A DNA stretch of 64,000 nucleotides from Antedon mediterranea (Eukaryota > Animalia > Echinodermata), in assembly GCF_964355755.1 (NCBI RefSeq), contig NC_092670.1:14804795-14868794 (forward strand), read 5' to 3'. The position numbers and the translations under genes are program-made. Positions 27,257-42,200 of the stretch are shown here, piece after piece (positions within the stretch are counted from its first letter, which is position 1; every line of letters begins with the position of its first letter). The notes beneath the pieces are model-generated. The model was not told the DNA's origin. It did no database searches and saw only the letters and a program-made list of their open reading frames with translations.

Positions 27257-30200
27257 ATGCCTCTGATGCGAGGTTCAGATCTAATTTTGATAGTGGTAGG
27301 CCTACTATGTTTTACGAAAACTGGGTTTTCGCAAATGCAATGTGGTAATTTAGAACAACCAGAAAATGGAGAGCTCGTTTGCGCCGTATTGGCAAACGTT
27401 GCGTAAGTTTGATTTTTCATTTCATTTTTTTAGTTTTACTCGTGAAATGTTAGCAAGTACTGTAATAATCCGATTTCGTCCATATTATAAAATACATGTT
27501 CCCTTTTTAAACTAGTGTGTGTTACTAACTTATATTCAATAACTTTCAAACAAATGTTTTCGTATTCCTAAACCTCTTTAATATTACAGACGTTGTTTCT
27601 TACGCTGCGATACTGGATACGTCCTGCCTCTAGAGGCAAGTGACGAATTCGAATGCACATCGAGTGGATGGTCACCGTCGTCTGTCCCCAACTGCGTTGG
27701 TAAGTGAGGAGAAGCTTGCCAATCCTGCTACTCTAAAAATGGAAAAAGATAATTAAAACAGCAGATGTTTGCTTGTTTTTAATAATTTCCATTTTTGTTA
27801 GCTTGACTTCTTCAAATTAGGATTATTATCTATCCCTTTGAAATAAAAGTTATAAAATATATTAGAAATTAGTGAATTAATATGAATAAGATAACAATGG
27901 AAATAGAAAATAATGATAAAGATACCCATCATCATCATCATCATAATCATCATCATTATCATCGCCATCATCATCATCATTATCATCATCATAATCATCA
28001 TCATTATCATCATCATCATTATCATCATCAACATCATCATCATTATAATCATCATCATCATCATAAGTATCATCATCAGTTACGCTCGTCTTGTGAACTG
28101 ATGCTTTCCACTGTATACCATTTTACTGTGATATGAGCAGAAATTAAATGGATGTTTATTGTGTCTTATTATAATGTACCTATTCCTTTTTCGACTTTCG
28201 TGATCCATGTAGATTTAAGAGAATATTATTATTAATTATTAGTAACCCTGATGAATTTCTTGCTGTTTACTGTCATGATTTGATCCTATATTTTATTGTT
28301 GATATTAATGTCATTCTCTTATTAGCAATAAACTTGTGCTTAGAAATAAATCAACCGCTTAACGGAACGTTTTCGTGTTCTTTTCTAAGTGAAACAAGGT
28401 AAGTGTACCTTAAATTTTGCATTAGAATATTTTAATTGAAACACGCAACGTAATGTTTGGCGTATATAATAACATATATATTTATTTTATTTTATAAAAT
28501 ATATATTTAAAAATTCAATAGACGCTTTCATACGGCATGACGTTTTAGAATAGCTTAGGTTCTAGACCATATTTCTAATTGATATTAGTAAAAGGATAGC
28601 TATTTTGGCACATATGGCGTCTCATACGTAGATATTACTTTACAACCTCTATTCCTTTCATAGGAAAGCGGGGTTCTACTGTAATAAGTATCATATGAGT
28701 CATATGGCCGAGCGGGTAAGGCAGGGGCGTCGTTTACCGTACCTAAAGAGCCAACAACAACATCGGCAAGGGTTCGATGCCGACTCGCTCCTAGTTCTGG
28801 TGGTGGAACAAGTCTTCTCGGATAAGGACTATAAACCGTAGGTCCAGTGTACACAGTTATAACCTGTGTGTACTTTAAAGAAACCCAGTTCATTATTCGA
28901 AAAAGAGTAGGGGGTTACCCCAGTGAACTGGTTCACACAATAGCCCCTGTATCAGGGGGATGACCACCTATATTAATTCACTATTGGTAATCGTTGGCCA
29001 CATTGCCTAACATAAAATAAAAAAATAAAATAAATAAAATTTTGAATAACTTTTGTTTCAGTTCTTGCGTCGCAACTTGCGAAGAGGGATACGAATTCTC
29101 TAAGGGTGTTAACAGCATTAAAACTACATGTAAAAATAGTGTAGGTCGTTGGGAACCAATCATACCGGACTGTCAACGTACGTATATATATATTTTTTCT
29201 CTCTCTTTTATGGCGCAAACACCACTTTTATTCACATTCATATTATCTTGTATCAATACATAAAATAATATTATTTAACACATTTTTGTTAATTCTAAAT
29301 GTCGTTACAATTCATCAGTAACATTTTTACATTTATGAATTCCGTATTACCTCTTTTTTCATTAATGTTCTTATATTTTTCTATACACGTGACAATGATC
29401 ATCATTATCATCTATCCGGTTTTAAAATATTTTACACGTAAACAATTTGTGAGTTTTTAATTATACAAATAATGAATGATCATTAGGAGAATATTATACC
29501 TTAATCTTTAAACAAATTCAACCATTCTCTTCGTTCATCAAATACAAGAAGAATATATTTGTTCTAAAGTAAATTTCGAGGGAACCACGCAAAAAATACT
29601 GTGTTCGAATTTGGCGACAGAAAGTAGAAAGAATATAGACGACGCACTCTGTGAGTTGGTTGTCGCGCCGCGTCCTAAAGTATCATCACATGCCACAACA
29701 ATCTCGAAATGTTTGCAGAAAGATTACATCGTGTATCGGTAAATGGGACGAAATAACCATCAATACCTATTTTAAGGTGAAATTGGTATTTTTGTTGTTT
29801 AGTTAAAATGTGGTTTTGCTAATTCAAAAAATGGTTTAATATTGTCTTTACTATGTATTAGTTAATTGCAATTATTGTTATTAATTGTATTGATTGATAT
29901 TTGTGTTGTTTTTTAGCTGCTTGTGATATTGAATGCAAGAATGGCGGTACGTGCGTCGAACCAAATGTTTGTGCTTGTCGCACGGGCTTTATTGGTAGCT
30001 ACTGTGAAACCGGTAAGTCGTTCGCTATACGCTAAACAGAAAAGATAGTTTATTAAAATTATTGTGTAGGGTCAGTATATTTACGATAGCAGTTTATAAT
30101 TTGTTGCAATAAGTCTTCTTTTCCAGAAACGTTTGCCTGAAACATCAAGGAATTTGCTCAGCTACAACGATGGTCATCTCGCATCGAATTTTAATGTATC

Positions 30201-33200
30201 TTAAATGTTTAGGTACGCAATCATGTTTTCCATGTATATTTAACAAGATCTATCTTCCACATTTCAGCCGAACAAAACTGTATTATTCCTGAAGCGCCAA
30301 GGAACGGATCTCTTAGTTGTACTAGTGAGCAGAATGCATATGTATGTATTGTGAAATGTGTTCCAGGCTTTAGTTCTGATGTCTATGAGTATAAATGCGA
30401 TCCAACTACAACAGTATCTAATTGGAAACCTGAGTTACCGATTCATGACTGCAAAGGTAGGTTTTCTTTTGATTCATTGTTACAAAGTTTCCAACACGAA
30501 TGATACTAACCGCGTAAAGATGTTCGTGAATACTATAACGCGGTTTATTAGAGAGCTTCTTCACAAAACATTAGTTTTAGCTTCAAGAAACGCTCATTTA
30601 GAATTGGTGTTTATACGCCTGCTGTAAAGCTAGACAATTCATCTATTAAAATGTGTAGTTTGTGTTAGTCTGGAACGCGCTACCTGTCGATTTGAGAGGA
30701 GCGAATTCGGCACCTCTATTTAAACGTCAACTTGAAACTGTTCTTTTTAATTAATTACCGGTACTAAGTATTGTTAGGCGCTCTGTTCTTTGTAGGGTGT
30801 CATATAAAAATTGTTAAAATAAAAATTAGTTTAGTGAAAAGAACAATCCACGTGAAGCCACGTTAGTGTCACATCGTGGCGTCACCGAAGACATGTTGAC
30901 GCTTTTAATACGGATACACGATCTGAGGCAATTTCTTTGTAACAACAAATATACAGTAAATGAATACGAAACATAACAAATAACATGAATTCTAAAAAAA
31001 AAAAAAAACTAGGGCAATTCTTATAAATAAATAACACAAAATGTAAAAATATTATATATATATCTATATATATTATAATATCTTGCAACACGCACAACGC
31101 CGACCCTTATTATATACACGTTAAATTAAGTTATCGAGTTTAAAATAGTATTATTTCAAGTACTTAAAATTACCTTGACATTCATGCACGCGCGTTAGTA
31201 CCAATGGTTATTTAATAACACGTACCTTATCTTAGCGCAAACACCGAAAGAACGAATGAGCTCCTCGTGGAGCATATTTAGCTCTCGTAGTGTATTATGA
31301 TGCACGTGCACATATAGCGCATCTCGGGGCGTTAAGTCGAGTCGCAACAATATTGATGAAACGCGTAATAGTATTGCGGTAATGATTATTCATTCATAAA
31401 AGTTATGAAATAATCATTTAAACAAGTTATTACAAAGTGAGACAGCAGTTATTACAAAGTGTGACAGCTTTTGTTATTACAAAGTGCGAGAGCTCGATTG
31501 TTACTAAGTGCGACAGCAGTTATTACAAAGTGCGACAGTTTTTTTATAAAGTGCAGGTATTACAAAGTGCGACGATTATTACAAAGTGCGACAGTACACT
31601 CGTTGCCATAAGTCTGTATTTGTTTTGTTTGTGTGTTTTTTGCTATGTAATTATGCACATAGATTAATTTTAAATGACAAGTTTAAAGAAACTGTTGAAG
31701 TTAATAAATTATAATGATTTTTTTTTATTCAGAGATTTATTTCACTACTATGACGAGCAACCTTTCAGGAATCATTGGTAGGTAAAATGACGTTATGCTA
31801 AATCATAAAGTAGAGAACTGACTAACTCAGATCATGTTTCTTCCAACTGAAACTTCTTCAAATTTATGATAAGCCTAACTATCATGAAAAGAGAGAAGGA
31901 CGACAATGTATTTATTTGTGCCATATATGTTAGTAATTAGGTAACTACTGTAGGTAAATTGGAAGAGCATGCGTGTTAATATTTCAATATTCCAAACCCT
32001 TTCTGTAGAACGAACGAATTATAATCCATAGAGTTTTTAGCTTCAATTTGGTTTACAGTTTCCAATTTTGGGAAGCGAAGAATTGAGTTTTCACCAGTGA
32101 CCTTATATAAATTGCCAATATATATATAAGCTCATTGGTAGTCACATACTCATGCAAATTCTGCAAACATTTCAGCAGACACGCCCTCGATCAAAAAGAA
32201 AATCGCAGCTATTTGCTCTTGTAGTGGAAAATAATTTTAAAGGTAGCGCGAAAAATTCACCTAATAGACAGTGCTTACCGTATATTATTATAGCCACAAC
32301 TCTTAATAATACATACAGCATATTACTTATAATTATATATGTTTAGACTATAAAGAGGATTACCAAAAAGCCGATGGTTATTGTACTACGTGGAGTCAGG
32401 ACCACTACCGAACATTTGATGGCAGAATATATACCTTCCATGGTTCCTGCCACTACCTTCTTCTTGAAGATGCTTCAGACCGGACTTTCCAGATCCACGC
32501 TAAGAATGCAAAGGATTGTACTTCAAAAATGGTATGTAGCAGGTCATTGTCAATATACATATCCACTGTTGAGGTGACTCTGCAAAGATCTAAAGACACT
32601 CCGTTGGTTCTACGAAAAAACGGTCTTCAAGGAAGCGAACTTCAGGAACTTCCAACAGCATTTGATGGCATGGAAATTGAGCTGGTTTCTGGCTACATCG
32701 TCGTGCGTAGTGTGTACGGGTTTAATATTCGATGGGATGGGCATGATGCATTCTACATTTCTGTTGAAGACAAATTATTATCCAACACAAGAGGTCTTTG
32801 TGGAACCTACACGTTAAATCCTGCGGATGACTTCACGTTGCGGGATGGTAGTGTTTCCCAATCTGCTGCATCTTTTGCATCAGAGTATACCATGAATCCA
32901 GAAGGTATGTAACTTGTCTCACAAAAGGATCATCATTTTTCCTCAAGTGACGTTATGTTCAATTTAAAATGAATTATTTCTATGTTATTTTTAGCGCTGA
33001 TCGGAATAGCCGAACATGGTGACCGCTCGAAGAGTTCTCTCTTTCTTGCTTGATAGCTGGTAAACTGTTGGTTAGCTTGATCACAGTGTTTACTTTGGAC
33101 GAAGAGAGGACATTGAACTTGTCCGTTATAAATGTGTATTTTGTTGTTGTAAAAAAGTAAATTTATATTTATTTTTTATTTTTTTAATGTTAAATGTTTG

Positions 33201-36200
33201 TCTGTTCATTTTGAATTGCAGACTGTGTTGCAAAGAGTCAAACTTCTTATTGTAAAGTGGACTCACCAAGTGACGTCGAACGTTCAGAAACAGAATGTGA
33301 GGCAATGATGGTCGACGAAGAGTTTCGTATGTGTCATTTGGTAAATAATTGAATGGTGCGGTGGTGGAATGTGTAAAAGAAGGCTTCTGTTTTAGTGGTG
33401 ATGTGGTCATCATACCAGTTTATGCTTGAAGAATAATTCAATTCAATATTTATATTTATGTTTAGTGTGCTTGTTTATGCAATGTAAAGACTGGATAGGA
33501 ATGGGAGTAAATACAAAGAATGCCAGCTGTTATCTGTTGTTGTAAAATATTATTGTAGCCTAGGTACGAGTTTCTGTATGATCTGACACTCAATTGTCAA
33601 GCATTGTCAAGCATTGTCCACTATGTAAAATGATTATTTATACTTCATACAGTTCAACAAGGTTTTCTTTGTTTTTGTCAGGTTGTAAACGTTCAATCTT
33701 ATTACGATGCTTGTAAGGAAGATGTATGTAACTGTCATGAATCAAGATCCGACTGCGCATGTAACTCTTTCGAGGCGTACGCAAGAGAATGCGCGCGCAA
33801 AAAAGTTTATATAGATTGGAGATCAGAAGATAGATGCCGTAAGTGAAAGCCTTCTTTGAGATCATTATTTAGATGGAAAGTATTTTACTTTTTAAAAACA
33901 TCGTGGAAACATATTCCTTCTCAATTGTTATTAATATGTCATACTTATTCTGAACAGCTTTGGAATGTCCAGCCAATATGGAATTCCATCAATGTGGTAC
34001 ATCATGCCCTTTGACCTGTAAAAGTACAACTTACGATTGTATTGATGACCATTGCATTGATGGATGCCACTGCCCAAGTAATATGGTTCTTAACAATAAT
34101 GCGTGCATAGCTCCCGCCAAATGCCCATGTTCTTATCAGATGAGAGAATATGCTGCCGGGTCAACCATCTCAATTGACAATGGTTGCAATACATGGTAAG
34201 TAAGTTTGTTTTTTTGTTTGGCTTTCTCTTTTATAGTCCGGTTTTCCCGTTTGTTCTGAAACAGATTTTGATTGATTTATTTATTGATTATTATTTTTCT
34301 AGTGCTGAACATTTTTTCGGTGATTAAAAAATAAATAAAATCGGATCTTACAATATTTGACACACAAGTAAGTTAACCAATCAAGACACTGTGGAACTTT
34401 CACGCCTATACTTTGTTAACTTGCCGTTGTGTTGCGTGTACATTGCAAACATCAATTTATTAAGTTACTACATAGTTATTTTTATCTCAAATATCAAGCG
34501 AATGCAAAGGCGGTACTTGGTCTTGTACAGATGAAATCTGCCCGGCAACATGCTCTGCGGTTGGTGATCCTCATTACGTAACATTTGACGGTCTTCATTA
34601 CAATTTTGTTGGTGACTGTAGCTACGTTCTTGTACAGAGTTGTGATGATAATAATAACACTCTAGATTATTCCATTCAAGTGGAGAACACGAAATGTGGA
34701 TTACAGAGCTACGCATGCACAAAGTAAGTTTTGAGACCTTGACAAACGCAATAGCGCCATTCCCGAGTTTGATCTCATTATTGCCAAAGCCTCTTATTAT
34801 TTATTTTTAATAATACTGAGTAATGGTATTCTTTTTTTTAATAAAGTGGATAATGACAAACGGAAGCCACAGTAGGCTGTTTTCGGATTACTGAATCTCA
34901 TCTTAACTTATTTATAACTAGTAGTTATTAGCGTACATAAACGTATTATTTGGTAATAATCTAAAGCTCTGTCTACACTATTGACAACAAAATGTGATGT
35001 GCCCAAATATGGTAGTGATGTGAAATCATTGTTTCCATTATATGGGCACATTTGTTTGTCACACAAAGTTTGATAGTGTAGACAGAGCTTTACCTTTGAT
35101 TCTTGAAGGAGTGTAATAGTTAACGTTGGGTCAATACGTGTCAAATTGCGACAGAATTACATTGTATCAGTTAACGGTGAAGACGTCGATCAGTTGCCCC
35201 ATTCGGCAGCTGGAGTCTTTATCGAACAGTTGTCATCAATATATCAGAGGGTAACAATCTTTTATACATATATAAAAAATGTATACCGGTATTTATTATT
35301 ACTAGTGTATATGGTAGGCCTATATACCGTACGTATTAGGAACCTGTTATCAACAAATTGAGGCATCTAGAAAGTCTCGTACAACCTCTATAAAAAGCTC
35401 ATATAGATACATCTTTTCATTCATACAAAGATGGACTGAACTAATATCAATCCAAATTTCTATTAAATAGAAGCCGCTTTAAGTAATTCATATTTCTTTC
35501 AATATCTTCTTCTGCATCTGCTTCTTCTGAAATAACCATCAGATATCCTGTAGTATTAGACATGCTGTTGACATTAAAAAGGAATTCCTTTCAACTTACA
35601 ATAAACTGAGAGACGGTAACTAGAAAATATTTTGTTTATGTAGGTCACTCTGGACAATGGTTTGATCCTTTTGTGGGATGGATATGTTCGAGTGTATGTT
35701 ACAGCTCCACCATCGTTCTTTGGCGAACTTAAAACGTGTGGTCTATGTGGAACCTTTGATCGTAAACAATCGGTAGGCCTAATACATTTTCCATATTTTA
35801 TAGACGTTTTACTTATTTTATAGACGTTTTACTTATCTGCACTATGATCGCCCTAAAACATTTTGTAAAGGTTTTTTTTAATAATTGTAGAATTGCCTTG
35901 CTAAAAGATTAATGTTATCTGATCGGACGCTCGGAAGTCTCTTTCTTTTTAATATAGCTTTTTGCTTTTTATTTGTATCTCCATTCAGATTCAGACAATC
36001 GTATACACATCATCGTCATGTTTTCATTTCCTAATAATATTAGTATCTAAAAGATAAACAACATATAAAAATGTTTATTTTAATGAAATAAATTACTTTT
36101 TATATTAACATTCATCGTCCAAAATATATACAGTAAATGTGTTATTGTTGAAATTACAGACTGACTTCAGAACAAAAGCTGGTGATATTGAAATCCAAGC

Positions 36201-39200
36201 GTCCAGCTTTGCTGCAAAGTGGATGTTAGAAGGGTCTTGTCCAATCATTTCCAACAATCTAAATCTGGAAAGTCCGTGTGATATCTTCTCCCACAGAAAA
36301 CTACTGTCTCAACAATATTGCTCGGTTCTGAAATCGGCTCCTTTTGATGGTAAGAAGATCATTTAAATATTTATTAAACGGTAGGCCTTACTCCTTCGTT
36401 ATGACCAGAGTAAACAATTTGGATACACATTTCCTACAATCATAACTACAGTACAGTACTACATTACTTTCTGTTCCTAGTAATATTCGTACGAATTATG
36501 TCTTTTTTCAGCGTGCCATAATATTGTTGGAGTTGACCAGTACTTTGAAGATTGTAAATATGACGTATGTGCCAATACTGACGTCAGGATGTTTTGTGCC
36601 AGTGTGGCAGTGTACGCGGATGCCTGTGCTAAGATGGGAAAACCCATTGATTGGAGACTGAATATTACTGAATGTGGTAAGTTTCACAAATTAATGGAGT
36701 GTTTGAGTGAAATAAAATAGTGATTTTAATTTGGTGCAATGTACTGTGTTTAGTATGTTGCGGGCTTGAACGCCATCGCAGAGATCTTTATGGTTCAGGA
36801 ATATCGATGGTAGTCTTGTGATACAATGACATTGGAAGAAAACAAATCTAGGCCTGGAGGATTCATAAAAAAATTAAGCCAGGATAAAAAAAAATCCTAC
36901 CGTTTTGGTACTTATGTGCATTCTTCCATTGACTGTAAAAATGTCATTAATTGTGAAAGATAAATCAATAAGCGGTTATTTAAAATACAGAAATTAAATG
37001 TGAGGGAGACCAGATTTACCAGGAATGTGGTTCAGCATGTAAAACCAGTTGTGCTGCCCTCGGTTGGAAATTGGCCTGTGAAGAAGAATGTGTTTCGGGA
37101 TGTAGCTGCCCAAGTGGTGAAGTTCTTGACCAGCATGGTCGTTGTATAAAAATTAGCAGTTGTTCATGTGGATTTAACGGTCGGTATTACAATCCAGGAG
37201 AAAGTATTAGACAGGGATGTCAGGGTTGGTATGTACATAAATGCACCATTTAGAAAATCTTTATTTATTTATTCCCATTTATAATATGGGAAACATTTTC
37301 CAAAACATATTTGCACAACCGCCCGCGTCAAGTTCTAATATAAATGAATTTTTAATTCATGATTGTTGATAATGATTTGTCTGCTTAGTATATTTATTAA
37401 TTTCAGCTTTTCTATTTTAGTCGATGTTTCAATGGTGTTTGGCAATGTGACGAAAACACATGCTCTCCAAATGAAGGAGTATGCGGAGAAAACATGGAAT
37501 TTGTAGAATGTCGTGACCCTTGCCCTTTGACCTGTGTCAATATAGATGAAACAGAAGGAACTTGTAATGAAATATCATGTGAACCCGGCTGTCAATGTGT
37601 TGATGGATTTATATTTGATGGTATATGTCACTATACAATTTTTACAGTTTGCCTAAAATGGGACAAAATGGTTGATTTACAAGTAGGCCTATCTAAAAAT
37701 CTGATTCGTAAAATAGTTTTCCAGATCCAACCGTCGCTGCAGTTAGTAGATACTCGCTGAATTTTTAGGAAAAACCTATCTATTATCCAGGCTACTTATG
37801 AGATTGCAAGTTCACCTATATCGCCTAGATATATATCGCCTATTAAAACATTTATTAATTCTATGCGTCATTTTCAGGTGCTCTATGTGTAAAAAGAGAA
37901 GATTGCCCTTGCTACCATGGTGATAGAAGCTATCGGAACTTAGAGTTTATCATGGTTGACTGTAATGAATGGTAAATTATTCCTTAAATGTGTCTAAAAC
38001 TGCTGAAAGGAAAATATAGTTTCCAAAAGATTTGAATAAAGTTGGAATTCATTAGTTAGAAAAGTTATATTTCATATTACATATTTATCTTTTTTTTTAT
38101 AATTAATTACAGCATCTGCAATGGCCGCAAATGGGTGTGTGAAACAAACACTTGTCCAGGTAAAAATTATAATTTCAATTATTAAATTTGTATCACCATA
38201 CAGTAAGTTCTGTGTTTGGTTTGATTTTTTTACATACAGCTAGCATCGCCGTGTATTTTCAAATGTTCATGATTACATTACCTATTTTAAGACAAGTATA
38301 CTAGCAAATCTAAAGTTGCCAAAGTTTGCTAGTGTCGACAAGTTGACAAACTTTGCAGAAAACTAGTTTTTGCAGAAGCCATGCACCTTCTTAATAAACT
38401 AGTTTGCTGAGGTCTGTTAACTCATCGAATCAAATCACAAATACATCTATACAAGCATATTTAAACTATATCATTAATTAATTTTTAGTGTGCTAAATAC
38501 AAAGCAAATGAATATGATTTACGTATTGCAGGTCTTTGTACTATATATGGAGAATCTCATTATACATCGTTTGATGGCAGAAAATTTGAATTCCAAGGAG
38601 AATGTACATATACCTTGGTACAAAGTACTAAGGACTCTAACATCGAGTTCTCTATAAAAACTCAAAACATCATGTGTGGTTCTACTGGGGTAACATGTAC
38701 AAAATCAATTATGTTTACCATTGGTTCTGGAATTGATAGAGAGAGTTTAGAGTTGGTTCGTGGAAAGGAAGTTGAGATGCCTCGAGATTCACATTTTCAT
38801 ATGCATACTGTTGGTAACTATATCTTCATTACGGTACCAGAAGGAGTTACTTTGCAATGGGATAGAGGCACTTTGATGCATATCAAACTTGATCCAATAC
38901 ATAGTAAAAAGGTAAAGTTTTATATCTTTGTGGTATTTTAAATAGATGGATGATTCTTTACATCACACATTAAAGTAAAATTAAAGTTATATGTTCAGAA
39001 CTTTTAGAATTCACAATTCATCATTCATAGGTAAGCGGCCTGTGTGGCAACTTTGACAGTGACCATCTAAATGACTTTGTGACATCTTCTGGTGGGCCAC
39101 CAGTTGCCACTGCCATAGAATTTGGTGATAGTTGGAAGGTACGGCAGTCTTGTCCAGCTACCAAAGAAATCAAAAGCACTTGTTCCTTAGTACCAAACAG

Positions 39201-42200
39201 AGAAACCTGGGCTGTAAAGAAATGCGCAATTATCAAGTCAGAAATATTCAAAGTATGCCATTCTGAAGTACCTTATGAAAACTATTATGGCAGATGTGTT
39301 TATGATGCTTGTGGATGTGATTTCGGAGGTGATTGCGAGTGCCTTTGTACAGCAATTAAGGCTTATGCGCATGACTGTGTCCTACATGGTATTGCAGTGG
39401 ATTGGAGGTCCAATGAACATTGCCGTAAGTTTGTATATGTTGTTTCATTCTGGTTAGTAAGCATAAACCAGAGCATGTGAAGTTCTTCAACTTTTTACAC
39501 AGCTCTGTATTTTACCGTAGATTAAGAATGTATGGATATCGCAACTCCATAACCATTTTATCCTATACTTTTAACTATATTTAAACATGTTGCATTTTCA
39601 AACTTATATTTATCAAATTTTTGGTATTTCCTTGTTTATACTGAACGGAAATAATGATATTATTAAATTGAATTTTTTTAATGACTTTTAATTATTTTCT
39701 AATCTATGGTACTATTCTAAACTTAGCTATGCAATGTCAAGGATGTAGTCAGTGGGTACCCTGTACCTCGCCATGCCCAGACACCTGTGACAACCACTGC
39801 AACGAACACATATGTGAAATTGAGGGATGTGTTGAAGGATGTGAATGTGAAGAGAATCTTGTATTTGATTCTAAAATCAATAGATGTGTACCTATAGATA
39901 AATGTTCGACTACATGTATTCCATTGACAACCACCCGTAAGTAACATTGTGATATTATTTAGAAATATTTCTTTTTAATAAATCGTTAAAATACAGTTTC
40001 TATCTTTGCAAATTTTGTCATTAGGCTTGCTCAGGATGTGGGAATCAGCTGCTCATAAGAGTAGATGAACTGCTATTTTTTAGATAACTAAATGATTACT
40101 TTCATGAAAATAATATGTTATGTACAATATCTGGTGTTTATAAAAAAATATATAAAAATGATTACTTTATTGTACTGTATATATTACACCTACAGCTATT
40201 ACTACCAGAGTGACAACTACTGAAATGCCAACAACTATGTCGACAACAACAACTGAAATGCCAACAACTATGTTGACAACAACATCGACAACTACAGTAA
40301 CAACTGAAGTATCAACAACTACACCAGCAACTACAGCAACAACTACATCACCAACAACTACATCACCCACAACTACTTCAACCACTACATCACCAACAAC
40401 TACATCAACCACTACATCACCAACAACTACATCAACCACTACATCACCACCAACTATATCAACCACTACATCACCAACAACTACATCAACAACTACATCA
40501 ACCACTACATCACCAACAACTACATCAACCACTACATCACCAACAACTACATATACCACTACAGCACCAACAACTGGATCGACAACAACAACTGAAATTC
40601 CAACAACTATGTCGACAACAACAACTGAAATGCCAACAACTATGTTGATAACAACTTCGACAATTACAGTTACAACTGAAGTACCAACAACTACAGCAAC
40701 AACTACAACACCAACACCTCCAGGTAAGTATGCTAATTTTATTAACCCGATTATGTAAACACATTTTAAAATCCACATATTACAATAGCGCATAACACAA
40801 TTACCTGCCTTTGATTATGCAGAAAGATGTTGCTGGACCGATTGGCTGGATAGTTCAAAACCTGACCCATTTAATGGAGGTGACTTCGAAACATTGGAAC
40901 AACTAAATACATTGTATGATGTGTGTGCCGATCCTTTAAAAATTGAATGCAGATTAAGAGGCAGTGGTATCATGTATAATCTTACTGGCCAACAAGTAAC
41001 TTGTGATATTTATAATGGATTGGAATGTATAAACAGAAACCCTCCATCTGACATTTGTTATAACTATGAGGTGAAATTGTGTTGTCCATGTAATACAACG
41101 ACAGAGGCACCAACAACTACATCACCAACAACTACATCAACCACTACATCACCAACGACTACATCAACCACTACATCACCAACAACTACATCAACCACTA
41201 CATCACCAACAACTACATCAACCACTACCTCACCAACAACTACATCAACCACTACATCACCAACAACTACATCAACAACTACATCAACCACTACATCACC
41301 AACAACTACATCAACCACTACATCACCAATGACTACATCGACCACTACATCACCAACAACTACATATGCCACTACAGCACCAACAACTGGATCGACAACT
41401 GAAATTTCAACAATGCAAACAACTACATCAACCACTACATCACCAACAACTACATCAACCACTACATCACCAACAACTACATCAACCACTACATCACCAA
41501 CAACTACATATACCACTACATCACCAACAACTACATCACCCACTACATCACCAACAAGTACATCAACAACTACAATACCAACAACTACATCAACCACTAC
41601 ATGGCCAACAACTACATCAACCACTACATCGCCAACAACTACATCAACAACTACATCACCAACAACTACATCAACAACTACATCACCAACCACTACATCA
41701 CCCACAACTACATCAACCACAACTACATCAACCACTACATCACCAACGACTACATCAACCACTACATCACCAACCACTACATCACCCACAACTACATCAA
41801 CCATAACTACATCAACCACTACATCACCGATGACTACATCAACCACTACATCACCAACAACTACATCAACCACTACATCACCAACAACTACATCAACGAC
41901 TACATCACCAACAACTACATCAACCACTACATCACCGATGACTACATCAACCACTACATCACCAACAACTACATCAACCACTACATCACAAACAACCACA
42001 TCAACAACTACAGCACCAACAACTACATCAACCACTACATCACCAACAACTACATCAACCACTACATCACCAACAACTACATCAACCACTACATCACCAA
42101 CAACTACATCAACAACTACATCAACCACTACATCACCAACAACTACATATACCACTACATCACCAACAACTACATCAACCACTACATCACCAACAACTAC

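Larger units (their letters stand above)
27257..30456 (+). other. Domain block: signal peptide, Sushi/CCP x2, EGF, Sushi/CCP (exons 1-6)
   Basis: MPLMRGSDLILIVVGLLCFTKTGFS; C..PENG..C..CDTGY..C..GW.P..PNC; CKNGGTCVEPNVCACRTGFIGSYC. Confidence 0.8.

Noticed and set aside
27798-28136. Poly-His, poly-Ile and poly-Met ORFs
   Set aside because: Translations of an intronic (CAT)n microsatellite.
28600-28893. 97-aa minus-strand ORF
   Set aside because: Antisense of a SINE.
31428-31667. ITKCD-repeat ORF / possible CRISPR
   Set aside because: Intronic minisatellite, no spacers, no splice-compatible frame.
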